Position numbers and translations under genes: made by a program. Positions 17,289 through 27,283 of a stretch of 54,814 nt of DNA are shown here, one piece after another; the first letter of the stretch is position 1, and every line of letters starts with the position of its first letter. The stretch is from Candidatus Micrarchaeota archaeon (GTDB lineage Archaea > Micrarchaeota > Micrarchaeia > Norongarragalinales > SBBD01). The notes under the pieces are model-generated. The model worked only from the letters and a program-made list of their open reading frames with translations, did not search any database and was not told the DNA's origin. Location: the NCBI GenBank assembly GCA_043806595.1, contig JAZDGU010000051.1, positions 1 to 54,814 on the forward strand, read 5' to 3'.

Positions 17289-19106
17289 ATGCAATTCCCC
17301 ATGCCGTTCTACTTCCGCCACGACTCGTTCCGCAAGGGGCAGGAGGAGCTCGCGCAGGACTCCTGGCAGGCGATCGTCGGCCGCAGCATGCTGATGGCAC
17401 ACGCGCCGACGGGCATGGGCAAGACGGATGCAGTGCTCGCCGCGGCCCTCACGCACGCGGTCGAGGAGGGCTCCACGGTCCTCTTCCTCACGCCCAAGAC
17501 CCCGCAGCACGCCATCGCGCTGCAGGCCGCGCGCGGGATAATGAAAAAGCACGCGCTGCGCTTCGGCGTGACCGACCTCGTGGGCAAGGCCCGCCTCTGC
17601 CTCGACCTGAAGGCTGCAGACGGTCCCGACTTCTACACGGTATGCAAGCGCAAGCGCGAGAAGCAGGCCTGCCCGTTCTGCGAGCAGATGAAGCACTCCC
17701 GCAAGCCCGCTGCCGAGCATATTGGGAGGCTTTCGGCGCCCTCCCACCTCGAGGTCCTCGAGGAGTCGCGGCTTCTGGGCGTGTGCCCCTACGAGCTCTC
17801 GCTGGAGATGGCCAAAAAGAGCAAGCTGGTCATCGCGGACTACAACCATTTCTTCGTGCCCTCCATCCGCTCCTCGCTGCTGAGAAGGATGGGGAAGAGG
17901 CCTGAGGACTGCGTGGTCATCGTGGACGAGGCGCACAACCTCGCGTCGCGAATGCGGCAGGAGCGCAGCGCGACGCTGCGGCCGCAATGGGTGGCGAAGG
18001 CCGCCGATGAGGCCGCGAGAACGGGCAGGCACGTCCTCTGCGACGAGCTCCGGCAGCTGTCCTCGGACCTCGAGTCGTTCCTGCACGACCGCACGAGGAG
18101 GACCGGGGAGTCCGAGCTCTCCAAGGGCGAGCTGCTTTCGCTCGTCTCGAGCGCGCCGGAGATGGCGATGCAGCTGTTCGAGTGCGGGGAGGCCTATGCC
18201 GAGGCGCACGAGGGCTCGGGGAGCATGAGCCTCAGGATCGCGGGGTTCTTCAGCGTGTGGATGGCAAGCGATGAGGACTACACGCGTTCGGCGGTGCGCG
18301 AGAAGGGGTTCAAGTGCAAGGCCCTCGACGCGCGGCCGCTGACCTCGATTGCGAACGAGGCGCTTGCCTGCATTGCCATGAGCGGGACGCTCCTGCCGCT
18401 GGAGATGCACCGCGACCTGCTCGGTTTCGAGACGGAAAGGACCGCGTTGAAGGAATATGCCTCGCCCTTCCCCGAGGAGAACCGGCTGAACCTGTTCGTG
18501 CGGGACGTGACGACGCGCTACAGCAGGCGCACGGGCGAGCAATATGCCGCGATCGCCTTCAAGATGGGGAAGATAATCGGCGAGAGCGGCGGCAGGGTGG
18601 CTGCGTTCTTCCCCTCTTTCGAGGTGATGCGCGAGGTCACCGCGAGGATGGACCACCGCGTGCTCGTGCAGAAGCCGGAGATGAATGCGGGCGAGGCCGA
18701 GGCGATGATGCTGCGCTTCCGCGAGGAGAAGGGCGTGCTTTTCGCCGTGGCCGGCGGCAAGCTCGCCGAGGGCGTCGACTACCCGAACGAGGAGATCAAG
18801 TGCGCCGTGGTGGTGGGGGTGCCCGTGGAGCAGAAGAGCCTCGAGCAGGAGGCGCTCATCGCATACTACGACAAGCTCTTCGGAAGGGGATGGGAGTACG
18901 CCGTCATCTTTCCCGCGGTAAACAAGGCGCTGCAGGCCTCGGGCCGCGCGGTGCGCAAGGAGTCGGACAAGGCCGTGGTCGTGTTCATGGACGAGCGCTA
19001 CGGCGGGCAGCCGTACAAGAAGTGCTTCCCCCGCGGGTTCGAGGCCGTGCAGACGAACGAGCCTTGGCGGTTCATCAAGCCCTTCCTAGAGGGAGCGCAG
19101 TACTAG
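17289..19106 (+). CDS. xpd: XPD/Rad3-family Fe-S DNA helicase
   Basis: Q motif FRKGQ, APTGMGKT, Fe-S cysteines (LC..C..CPF..CPY), IADYN, VDEAHNL, MSGTL, FFPSF, EGVDY, QASGRAVR. Confidence 0.93.
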   Translation: MQFPMPFYFRHDSFRKGQEELAQDSWQAIVGRSMLMAHAPTGMGKTDAVLAAALTHAVEEGSTVLFLTPKTPQHAIALQAARGIMKKHALRFGVTDLVGKARLCLDLKAADGPDFYTVCKRKREKQACPFCEQMKHSRKPAAEHIGRLSAPSHLEVLEESRLLGVCPYELSLEMAKKSKLVIADYNHFFVPSIRSSLLRRMGKRPEDCVVIVDEAHNLASRMRQERSATLRPQWVAKAADEAARTGRHVLCDELRQLSSDLESFLHDRTRRTGESELSKGELLSLVSSAPEMAMQLFECGEAYAEAHEGSGSMSLRIAGFFSVWMASDEDYTRSAVREKGFKCKALDARPLTSIANEALACIAMSGTLLPLEMHRDLLGFETERTALKEYASPFPEENRLNLFVRDVTTRYSRRTGEQYAAIAFKMGKIIGESGGRVAAFFPSFEVMREVTARMDHRVLVQKPEMNAGEAEAMMLRFREEKGVLFAVAGGKLAEGVDYPNEEIKCAVVVGVPVEQKSLEQEALIAYYDKLFGRGWEYAVIFPAVNKALQASGRAVRKESDKAVVVFMDERYGGQPYKKCFPRGFEAVQTNEPWRFIKPFLEGAQY

Positions 19107-19354
19107 CGCCAAACCCTCCAGGGCAACTGCGCCGGATTGCCGCATTCGGTCAGATTTTCCCCTCCCGGAAGCCGCGTGACGTTGACCGCCAAATATTGCT
19201 GGCCTGCGGAGGACAGCGCCCTGCAGAGCCCCGCGCCCGGATCCGGCATGGCCGCGTGATTTGCGCCGGACGAGGCAGCGGAGACCAGCACAGCGATGAA
19301 GGCGGCGTAGGCCGCGATCAGCAGAAGCGCCTCGAACGAGAACTGCGCCCTCAA
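19103..19354 (-). CDS. Small pilin-like protein with class III signal peptide
   Basis: MRA|QFSFE followed by a hydrophobic helix (R-A/Q cleavage site, Glu at +5); two Cys. Confidence 0.7.
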   Translation of the reverse strand: MRAQFSFEALLLIAAYAAFIAVLVSAASSGANHAAMPDPGAGLCRALSSAGQQYLAVNVTRLPGGENLTECGNPAQLPWRVWR

Positions 19355-19947
19355 GGAAACCCCTCTTCTGCGACTGCAACCGCCGAAACGCCGGACGCCG
19401 GAAAGTGGAACGACGCGCCGAGCACGAAAATCTTCGAGGAGAAGGAATGCGCGGCAAGCAGGGGCACGAACGACGAGCCCGTGCGCGAGACGAGGACCCT
19501 TCCGGCGGGAGAGACGTCCAAAAAGCCCTGCGCCACCAGCGCGCCTGAGGAAACCGCGGACAAATCAAAGCACAACCTGCACCTCACCGGCCGGCCGGCG
19601 GACAACGACTTCCTCGCAATGCCTTTCAATTCAGCTTCCGAGGCTATTCCGGCCCACAGGTCGGCCTGCACCCCGCGCCCGTGGAAGCGCTTCTCCATGA
19701 ACGCCTCGAGGGAAGCAAGCATTGCGGCGGCAAGCGCCGTCCTCTCCTCGCGGGATGCGCCTTCCGCGGAATCGAGTGCGGCGCTTACGGCGTGGCGGAA
19801 CTCGAGCTCCGCCGCGCGGGACTGCTCGAGCGCGAGCTCGGCGTATGCTGAATGAACGGGCGGGCGCAGCGCCCCGGTTTCGAAACTGAGGAGCGCGACA
19901 AAGAGGGCGCAGAACGCCAGCAGGACGAACGAGGCAAGGCCTTTCAT
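19351..19947 (-). CDS. Pilin-like or membrane-anchored hypothetical protein
   Basis: MKG|LASFVLLAFCALFVALLSF; SD GAGGGG; stop overlaps start of the next gene. Confidence 0.65.
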   Translation of the reverse strand: MKGLASFVLLAFCALFVALLSFETGALRPPVHSAYAELALEQSRAAELEFRHAVSAALDSAEGASREERTALAAAMLASLEAFMEKRFHGRGVQADLWAGIASEAELKGIARKSLSAGRPVRCRLCFDLSAVSSGALVAQGFLDVSPAGRVLVSRTGSSFVPLLAAHSFSSKIFVLGASFHFPASGVSAVAVAEEGFP

Positions 19948-20131
19948 GGCAACCCCTCGCCTCCATCTGAAGTTAATCAAAGGGCAGAGGTTTTTATTCC
20001 CGACTGCCGGCGCGGGAAAGCCTGGAAAAACATTGAAAGAAGGGAAAGACGGCAGGGGGAAGAAAGTTCCGTCGTCAAGTGCTCGAAACCTCCAGGTTAC
20101 TTTTTTTAAATCACCTCGTCAGATCCAAGGT

Positions 20132-20794
20132 ATGCGCATTCTTCTGGCTGGTTTTGAACGCTGGGGGCCATACCGAACCAACCCCGCGGAGCAAGTCGTC
20201 CGCGCGCTCCATGGGGCGAAAATTGCCGGCGCAGAAGTGGTCGGGGTTGTGCTTCCGGTGGATTTCCGGCGGCTACCGGGCGTTCTCCGTTCTGCAATAG
20301 AAAAAAACAGGCCCGATGCGGTTCTGACCATGGGGCTTTCTTTCCGGAAACTCGACCGGATTCTCATCGAAACCAGGGCCAGACGAGTGATACGCCCGTT
20401 ATTCCCGGATAACAACGGACGCTATCCCAACGACGCCCGGCGGCCTGCTCATTACGATGTGACGGAAGGCAGGCAAGGCCCGCAGGTAAGACAATCAACA
20501 CTCCCGGTTCTTAGAATTCAGGATGCGTTAGCGTCTGCGGGTATTCCTGTCCACGTCTCAAGAATGGCAGGCGGCCACATGTGCGAGCAGATGCTCTACC
20601 TCGGCCCGCACTTTATGGAAGAACTGGGCTTGCGAGGCCTTGCCGGGCACATCCACTTGCCGCACTCGCCATCGGAGGCAAAGGATGCCAAAAGCACCAA
20701 ATCAATGCCCCTTCCGCAAATCCGCCGCGCAGTGCGGATAGCCGTCCGCGAAACCGTAGCTGAAGCCCGACTTATCCGGCACGCTGAACGTTGA
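20132..20794 (+). CDS. pcp: Pyroglutamyl-peptidase I (peptidase C15)
   Basis: MRILLAGFE..NPA, LPVDF, IETRAR (Glu), AGGHMCE (Cys), GHIHLP (His). TTTTAAA about 22 nt upstream, so probably leaderless. Confidence 0.88.
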   Translation: MRILLAGFERWGPYRTNPAEQVVRALHGAKIAGAEVVGVVLPVDFRRLPGVLRSAIEKNRPDAVLTMGLSFRKLDRILIETRARRVIRPLFPDNNGRYPNDARRPAHYDVTEGRQGPQVRQSTLPVLRIQDALASAGIPVHVSRMAGGHMCEQMLYLGPHFMEELGLRGLAGHIHLPHSPSEAKDAKSTKSMPLPQIRRAVRIAVRETVAEARLIRHAER

Positions 20795-20927
20795 TATGCA
20801 AAAAGGCAATGATTCGGGGAAGCTCGACAAAGCCCGCTGGATTGGATCTCCCGGCCCGTGCTTCAAAGCCCCTTCCCCATCGCAACGCTTTTTTAAGTTA
20901 CCCGGCCACAGTTCGAGTGGTGATTTC

Positions 20928-21494
20928 ATGCCAACCGGAACTCCTCCGACTCGCGGAAACCTCGAAAAAATCCAAAATCGAAGTATATCCAGCCTACGGG
21001 AAGAGCACGGGGCAATTTTTGGCCGGGAAGGAACCTACGGACAAGCAGTTCACTCAAAAATACGTTCCGGCGACCCAAAAGCAATTGAAGAGATGGTAAA
21101 ACGCCGTTGGGCTGATTCAGTCGCCTCACACTTACATCGCATCCACCAAGAGGGAGTGAATCTTGTAGGTGAACGAAGGGCTATACCGCCAACAGACCGG
21201 AGAACCGAACAACGAAGAGCAGGCAGAATGTATCCCGATAGGCGAAATGGCGACAGGCGTACCGGTGAATCGGTTGAGCTTCTTGCCCGAAACCTCGTGA
21301 AGGAACACAGTCTTATTGGCCCGGTGGTTAATGGCAAATACTGGATTATAGCACCAATGAAATACTGGATTGAAAGCCCAGTTAAGAACAACAGCTGGAA
21401 GTCCTTTGTAACAAGATTCAGAAAAGCCTCTAGGATTGCGTTTACGATGGGAACTCGCTACCTGGGCGAACGCCGCACGGGAAAAACGCAATAA
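20928..21494 (+). CDS. Arg-rich orphan protein with [DEQ]RR repeats
   Basis: Own TTTTAAG box and SD GGTGA before ATG 20928; sampled line 21301 is 43% GC; no recognisable domain. Confidence 0.7.
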   Translation: MPTGTPPTRGNLEKIQNRSISSLREEHGAIFGREGTYGQAVHSKIRSGDPKAIEEMVKRRWADSVASHLHRIHQEGVNLVGERRAIPPTDRRTEQRRAGRMYPDRRNGDRRTGESVELLARNLVKEHSLIGPVVNGKYWIIAPMKYWIESPVKNNSWKSFVTRFRKASRIAFTMGTRYLGERRTGKTQ

Positions 21495-21579
21495 AAAAAA
21501 CTGCGCGGCCTAGCCAAGGCAGCCGGGCGAATCCTTGTGGAGATTCAGGAAAGCCGTTCGGCCGGTCGTTTGCTGGACG

Positions 21580-22812
21580 CTAGAAGTAGGCAAAAGGCAG
21601 CAGCAAAACAGTACAACCAGGCAACTCCCGTTTCTCAAGCACGTCGAGGTTGGCCAACACTGCGTACTTTACGCCATATTCAGAAGCAAAGCTGGCCAGC
21701 GCGCGCGTGACTTTCGCGGCCGTCTTGACTTCCACGGGAACCAGCCCGCCGGCGCGCTCCAGCACGAAATCCACTTCCGTCTTAGCCGTCGTGCGCCAGT
21801 ATTTTACCGCGCCCTCCTGCGCCAGAGAATTGCACACGAAGTTCTCGTACAAGCCGTCGAAGGAGATGTTGTCGAAGCGCTCAAGCAAGTGATTGCGCAA
21901 GCCGGCGTCGAAGAAGAACACCTTCGGGTTCTTGCGAAGTTCGCTCGCAAGGCTGCGGTGGAACGGCCGCACGACGCGCACTACGAACGAGTCCTGCAAC
22001 AACGGTAAAAGCTTTCGCACGTCGTTGTACTTCAGGCCCGACGATTGGGCGAGGGTCTCAAAGTTGACTGTGCTGCCCAACATGCCTGCAAGGGATTTCA
22101 AGAGCTTGACTGCCCCGTCGCGGTATTTGTTGCCGTAGAGCACCACGACGTCCTTCTCCACGTACGCCGTAAACAGGTTCTTCAGCAGCTCCCGCTTTTT
22201 CCCGAAGTCGGGCTCGAGCACCACGCGGGGATACGAGCCGTACGTGAGGTACTCGTGCAAAAGCCTGTTCAAGTCCGCCAAGTAAACCGTTTTTTCAGGC
22301 AAGCCGAACCGGTCCCAGGAAAAACGCACTTCCGAGTATTTTCGTTCCAGCGCCGCATCCTTTGCCCGCAAAAACTCGCCGAAATTGAAGGGAAACACGT
22401 CAATGAAAACCGCCCGGCCGACCAAGAACGAGCCTGCATTGGTGAGGTCGAATGACGAAGAACCGGTTGCGACGAACTTGGCCTGTGGGAATGAGTCGAA
22501 CAACAGCTTGAGCTTCTTCCCGATGTCGCGCACGTACTGCACTTCATCGAAAAGGAAATACGTCTTTTCGGCCGTCAAGTGCAGGGAAACGAATTCCTTG
22601 CAGTCCGCCTCAAACTTCAGGCGCTCTGAATCATCTTCGAAGCTCACGTAACGGATGCGTTCGTCGCCCACCCCCCGGGCGTCGAGCATCTCCTTTAGCC
22701 GCAGCAACAGCGTCGTCTTGCCGCTCTGCCGCGGCCCCCGCAGCAGCATAATTTCCTTGTCGTCAATCCACTTCTCCAACTCGTTTTCGACATCCCTACG
22801 GACATATACCAC
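21580..22812 (-). CDS. AAA+ ATPase (AAA_14 + DUF4143 type) with C-terminal nuclease-like motif
   Basis: GPRQSGKTT, FDEVQ, TGSSS, YGSYP, KNPKVFFFDAGL, EVDFV..PVEVK; GTG start 22812. Confidence 0.9.
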   Translation of the reverse strand: MVYVRRDVENELEKWIDDKEIMLLRGPRQSGKTTLLLRLKEMLDARGVGDERIRYVSFEDDSERLKFEADCKEFVSLHLTAEKTYFLFDEVQYVRDIGKKLKLLFDSFPQAKFVATGSSSFDLTNAGSFLVGRAVFIDVFPFNFGEFLRAKDAALERKYSEVRFSWDRFGLPEKTVYLADLNRLLHEYLTYGSYPRVVLEPDFGKKRELLKNLFTAYVEKDVVVLYGNKYRDGAVKLLKSLAGMLGSTVNFETLAQSSGLKYNDVRKLLPLLQDSFVVRVVRPFHRSLASELRKNPKVFFFDAGLRNHLLERFDNISFDGLYENFVCNSLAQEGAVKYWRTTAKTEVDFVLERAGGLVPVEVKTAAKVTRALASFASEYGVKYAVLANLDVLEKRELPGCTVLLLPFAYF

Positions 22813-23107
22813 AAAAACCACCAATCCAATAATATTACAATTACATACTAAAACAACATAGTTGTTTTTAATTCTTTTTATGAGTTTCCAACACTCAATA
22901 TGATTCAAGGAACCAAGCAAAAAACAACCCATAGCGAACAAAAGTATCTATTTTCATTCATTACAGGGAATGAAATACAACTGCCTCTCTTGCCACTGGG
23001 AATGAACAAAAAACAGCCCAGGAATTCTTACAGGGGCCGGACTGGGAAGACGCGCGCCGCGAAGAAAAAGACCAGTATTATTAAAGGACGCCGGGGAATT
23101 TCTTGTC

Positions 23108-23827
23108 ATGCGCCCAGCGTTGTTCGCGTTCGCATTGTTGTGCGCCGTGCTGCTCCCGCACGCGTATTCCGACTACTCGTATTCCGCGGAGGTGACGGTC
23201 GCCGCCGACGGCACCGCCAAGGTCATGGAGAAGACAGTGTTCCTCTTCGAGAACGACAACGAGCGCGCGGAGTACGAGAGGAACCTAAACCTCGGCGAGA
23301 GCACTATAGCGCAGTGGCAGAAGTTCTCCAAGAGCATCAAGTTCCACGTGCGAGGGGGGACGACGAACGTGCGGATCACGGCGAAGAAGGAGTTCGCCGT
23401 GGGGTTCAACGCCGGCACGGTGATACTGGAATACGACATCGGCTCGCCGCTCTTCAACAAGACGGCCGAGGGAAGCAGGAAGACATTGTATTCGCTCGAG
23501 CCGGAGGCGCTCGCGTTCGAGGTTACGAGCGCGCGGGAGACCATCCTCGGCAGCAACATGCAGCTCACCTTCCGCCTGCCCCGGGACGCCGAGCTGATCA
23601 AGGTGGCGCCCCTGCCGGACGCGGGCGAGGACAACGTATTCACCTGGAACGGGCCGATCGCGAGGAAGTGGGAATTGCAGTACTCGCGCGAGATCCCGCT
23701 GAGCCGGGAGGTCAGCGAATTCTTCGCCGACTCCTACAACGAGGCGCTCGCGTTCCTGCCGATGATCCTGCTGGTGCTGCTCGTCGTCATCGTTGCGTTC
23801 GTGCTCGTCAAGTTCAGGCACAAGTGA
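23108..23827 (+). CDS. Secreted protein with C-terminal membrane anchor
   Basis: Signal peptide, beta-rich body (VTVAADGTAKV), C-terminal TM helix. Confidence 0.8.
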   Translation: MRPALFAFALLCAVLLPHAYSDYSYSAEVTVAADGTAKVMEKTVFLFENDNERAEYERNLNLGESTIAQWQKFSKSIKFHVRGGTTNVRITAKKEFAVGFNAGTVILEYDIGSPLFNKTAEGSRKTLYSLEPEALAFEVTSARETILGSNMQLTFRLPRDAELIKVAPLPDAGEDNVFTWNGPIARKWELQYSREIPLSREVSEFFADSYNEALAFLPMILLVLLVVIVAFVLVKFRHK

Positions 23828-23832
23828 AAGCG

Positions 23833-25044
23833 CTAGGCCGCCTTGCGCTTGCGGGTTTTCGTCGCCGGGGCCTTGCCGGCGTAGAGAGAGAGGATTAGCG
23901 AGGCCTCGTCGTCCGAAAACTCGAAGTGTTCCGCCATGCCGTCGCAGCCGGCCAGAAGGGGAAGCAGCTCCCTCGCGTCAGGCACGGAAACCTTCATCTT
24001 CCCGGCGGCCTTGCGGCAGGCGCTTTTCATGAGCTCTCGCGACTTCCTCGAGGAGCCCATCGCCTTGAGGATCTGCGGGAACGAGTATTTCGTGAACTTG
24101 TGGTAGGGCTGGCGCTTGCTGAGCGCCACGCCCGCGAGGGAAAGCGGCCGCGAATACCTCAGGAAGCCCCAGTGCTGCCTCCGCATTATCCTTCCCTGGA
24201 AGACGTCGGCCCGGGAGAGCCACGAGAAGGCCTCAGCGACCTCGTCGGCGCGCTCGTATTCCGCGGGGATGTTCTCCTCCAGCCAGCGCTGGAAGAAGGA
24301 GAACTCCCGAGTGTCGAGCAGGTTTCCGGCCTCTACTGCCGTGGCGTAGTCGGTCGCCTTGAAGACCCTGCGCACGGCGTTGAACATGTTCTCCTCGCGC
24401 TCGCGGGCGAAGAGGGCCTCAAGGGGAGTTCCCTGCGGCAAACCCGCGGAGGCCTGGAAGTCGTTGATTGCGGAACGCAAGTCGCCGGACGATGCCTTGG
24501 AAATCGCCTCGGCGAAGAACGCGTCGGCGCCTTCCTTCTCAGCTATGGATTCAAGGGTGTGCCGGATTGTGGAGGCGTTGACCTTGCGCATCTCGACGAG
24601 CAGGCACGAGTACCTGAGCCCTGCGAGCTTCGGGTTCCAGACGTCGTTGGCGATGAGCATGACCGGCTCGGTTGAACCCTTGGTTATGGAGTCGAGCGCG
24701 GAATACTGCTGCCTGTCGGACACCGCGTCGACCTCGTCGACGAGGATGAGCCGCGTCTCGGAGTAGAGGCCCTTCGAGCCCGAGCTCGCGCCGTAGAGCG
24801 CCTGCAGGGAATCGGCGTCGCGCAGGACGGACGCGTCCGTCTCTATGACGTGCCATCCCATCTCCTTTGCGAGAGCGTGCGCGAGCGCGGTCTTGCCGCT
24901 TCCGACGGCGCCGTGCAGGAGCAGGGGCTTGACCCTCATCCCGCGGCCGGCGTCAGAAGCCCAGCGGCGAACGGCCTCGACCGCCTCCGGGTTGCCGGCG
25001 AACCCCTTGAGGGAAGACGGGGCGTACTTGTGCGTCCAGAGCAT
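23833..25044 (-). CDS. rfcL: Replication factor C large subunit
   Basis: MLWTHKYAP, GAVGSGKT, DASV.R, LVDEVD, GDLRSAIND, WLEEN, LSRADVF.GRI. Confidence 0.92.
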   Translation of the reverse strand: MLWTHKYAPSSLKGFAGNPEAVEAVRRWASDAGRGMRVKPLLLHGAVGSGKTALAHALAKEMGWHVIETDASVLRDADSLQALYGASSGSKGLYSETRLILVDEVDAVSDRQQYSALDSITKGSTEPVMLIANDVWNPKLAGLRYSCLLVEMRKVNASTIRHTLESIAEKEGADAFFAEAISKASSGDLRSAINDFQASAGLPQGTPLEALFAREREENMFNAVRRVFKATDYATAVEAGNLLDTREFSFFQRWLEENIPAEYERADEVAEAFSWLSRADVFQGRIMRRQHWGFLRYSRPLSLAGVALSKRQPYHKFTKYSFPQILKAMGSSRKSRELMKSACRKAAGKMKVSVPDARELLPLLAGCDGMAEHFEFSDDEASLILSLYAGKAPATKTRKRKAA

Positions 25045-25132
25045 GAGACGGGATTGGAACCGAAGTTTTATTAAGGGGCAGACATGGCCGCGCCACCAAA
25101 ACGGTTTTATGCACTGTGAACGAAAGCAGGTC

Positions 25133-26071
25133 ATGCGCAACACCGCGCCACTGCTGCTTCTCGCGCTTCTGCTAATGGGATGCGCCTCGCCAGGCCAGCC
25201 CGAGGCGTCCCCGACGAAGCCTGCTGCCAGCGCCTCGCTTGCGCCGACGTCTACGCCTGCGCCCACCCCGACCCCGTGCTCCGGCCAGAGGGCGTGGTTC
25301 GGGGACGCGAACGTCCCGCAGGAAATGATCCTGTCCTACTCCTACAACGTCTCGGTTCCGGTATACGTGGAGGGCGGATTGTGCCCGGGATACGCCGACG
25401 CGACGGAGCTCGAAATCACGTTCTCCGAGGGCAAGAAGGTGCTCGGCAAGGCCCTCCTCTCGCAGCTTTCCGCGGAGAACTACGCGGTGCTGGAATGGCG
25501 TGCCGACGTGGACAACACGCACGAAATCACGGCGTCGCTCTCGCCGCCGTTTTCAAACGAGAAGAAAAAGATTACAGTCCTTCCAAAGCCTCTTGGCATC
25601 TATTCTGCGGGCGGCGGGCTCGAGGAAGGGGAACCCGTCCATCTCGACTACGGCTCGAGGATCGCCGCCGCCTTCGAGGTCGGCAGCGAGACCAAGATCG
25701 CCAGCGTCACTCTGGATATGCGCAGGCTGCGCGAGAGGCCGTCGAGCGAATTCGCGGTCCAGATAAGGCCGGACGCGGGAGGCAGGCCCTCGGGCAGCAT
25801 AGAGGCCGAGGCCAGGCGGGGCCTGATCATCCTGCCGGCGGAGCTCGGCAAGGTCCGGCTCGGCTTCCCCGCGGGGTCGTCCTTGCGCGCCGGCAGGTAC
25901 TGGCTCGTGGTCTACCCGCTTTCAACCGAGCCCATGGAAGTCCGCGCGTACCTCTCTTCGGAGGGTTCGAAGGCAAGGGGCATGAGATCCCTCAATTCGG
26001 CCTTGAGCGGCGAGAACTGGGAGCCCACGGGGCGCGTGCCGTACTTCAGCGTCTCCGGGCTTGCCGGCTAA
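25133..26071 (+). CDS. Lipoprotein with PT linker and beta-sandwich domains
   Basis: Lipobox LLLMGC; PTSTPAPTPTP linker; C-terminal IRPDAGGRP..LRAGRYWLVV. Confidence 0.8.
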   Translation: MRNTAPLLLLALLLMGCASPGQPEASPTKPAASASLAPTSTPAPTPTPCSGQRAWFGDANVPQEMILSYSYNVSVPVYVEGGLCPGYADATELEITFSEGKKVLGKALLSQLSAENYAVLEWRADVDNTHEITASLSPPFSNEKKKITVLPKPLGIYSAGGGLEEGEPVHLDYGSRIAAAFEVGSETKIASVTLDMRRLRERPSSEFAVQIRPDAGGRPSGSIEAEARRGLIILPAELGKVRLGFPAGSSLRAGRYWLVVYPLSTEPMEVRAYLSSEGSKARGMRSLNSALSGENWEPTGRVPYFSVSGLAG

Positions 26072-26105
26072 AGGGATAAAAGCGTACGGCAGCCGAATGA
26101 AACCC

Positions 26106-27275
26106 ATGCTCATCGCCATCGTGGGACTGCCGAACAAGGGCAAGAGCACGCTCTTCAACGCGCTGACTTCCGCCAACGCGCAGGTCGCCAGCTACCCGTT
26201 CACGACCATCAACCCGAACAAGGGCATAGCCTTCGCCTCGTCGCCCTGCCCGCACGTGCGCATCAACAGGCAATGCGACCCCCACAACGCCCCGTGCGAG
26301 AACGGCATGCGCAAGATTCCCGTCAACGTCGTCGACGTCGCCGGGCTCGTCGAGGGCGCGCACGAGGGCAAGGGCATGGGCAACCAGTTCCTCTCGGACA
26401 TCTCCGCGGCCGACGCGCTCGTCGCGGTGGCGGACGCCTCCGGCGGAACCGACGACGAGGGCAACCTTTGCCCGCCGGGCACGCATGAAGCCTCGCGCGA
26501 CGTGCGCATCCTCTTTGACGAGCTGGACCAATGGCTTGCCGGCGTCATAACGCGCAATGCGAAGAAGTCGAAGGGCCGCGGGGTCTCGGAATTCGCCGCG
26601 GGGCTCTCCGGGATAAAAATCGGGCACGAGGACCTGAAGAAGGCATGCCTCAAGCTCGAACTGGACGAGACGAAGTTCGCGGACTGGGGGAAGGAAGAAA
26701 TCCTGCAGATGGCAAGAGAGCTCCGCATGGCGAAGCCGACGCTGATTGCGGCCAACAAGGTCGACTCCGACCACGCGGAGAAGAACATCGCCGCGCTGAA
26801 GGCCGCGTTTCCGGAGCACACCGTCCTGTCCGTCGCAGCGGATGCCGAGCTCGCATTGAAGAAGGCCGCGGAAAAGAAATGGATAAACTATGACGGCAGG
26901 GAATTCAAGGTCACCGCCGAAAACCTGGACGCGCGCATAACCGGCGCCTTGGACAGGATCGATTCGCACGTGCTCAAGAAGTTCGGCGGAACCGGGGTTC
27001 CGCAGGTGGCCGGCGAGTGCGTCTTCCGCCTGCTCGACCAGATCGCGGTGTATCCGGTCGAGGACGACGTGCATTTCAGCAACCACTTCGGGAAGGTTCT
27101 GCCCGACGCAATCCTCCTGAAGAAGGGGAGCACGGCGCTCCAGATGGCCGAGCGCATCCACACAGACCTGGCGACTCATTTCCTTTACGCCGTGGACGCC
27201 GAAACAAAAATGAGGATCGGCAAGGACACGCCCCTCCACGACGGCCAGATAGTGAAAATCGTGAGCGCGAAGTGA
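26106..27275 (+). CDS. ychF: Archaeal YchF/Obg-family translation-associated GTPase
   Basis: GLPNKGKST, YPFTTINPN, DVAGLV, ANKVD, C-terminal TGS domain (IHTDL). Confidence 0.92.
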   Translation: MLIAIVGLPNKGKSTLFNALTSANAQVASYPFTTINPNKGIAFASSPCPHVRINRQCDPHNAPCENGMRKIPVNVVDVAGLVEGAHEGKGMGNQFLSDISAADALVAVADASGGTDDEGNLCPPGTHEASRDVRILFDELDQWLAGVITRNAKKSKGRGVSEFAAGLSGIKIGHEDLKKACLKLELDETKFADWGKEEILQMARELRMAKPTLIAANKVDSDHAEKNIAALKAAFPEHTVLSVAADAELALKKAAEKKWINYDGREFKVTAENLDARITGALDRIDSHVLKKFGGTGVPQVAGECVFRLLDQIAVYPVEDDVHFSNHFGKVLPDAILLKKGSTALQMAERIHTDLATHFLYAVDAETKMRIGKDTPLHDGQIVKIVSAK

Positions 27276-27283
27276 CGCAATTC

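Noticed and set aside
16680..17289. RNase P RNA, SRP RNA or canonical ORB origin in the long gap
   Set aside because: GGAAACGGC and G-runs are present, but I found no RNase P P4 signature, no SRP helix 8 motif, no convincing ORB repeats, no AT-rich unwinding element and no adjacent cdc6.
22813..23000. AT-rich stretch as replication origin or mobile-element end
   Set aside because: Explained as the divergent promoter region of the AAA ATPase gene; no repeats or terminal inverted repeats seen.
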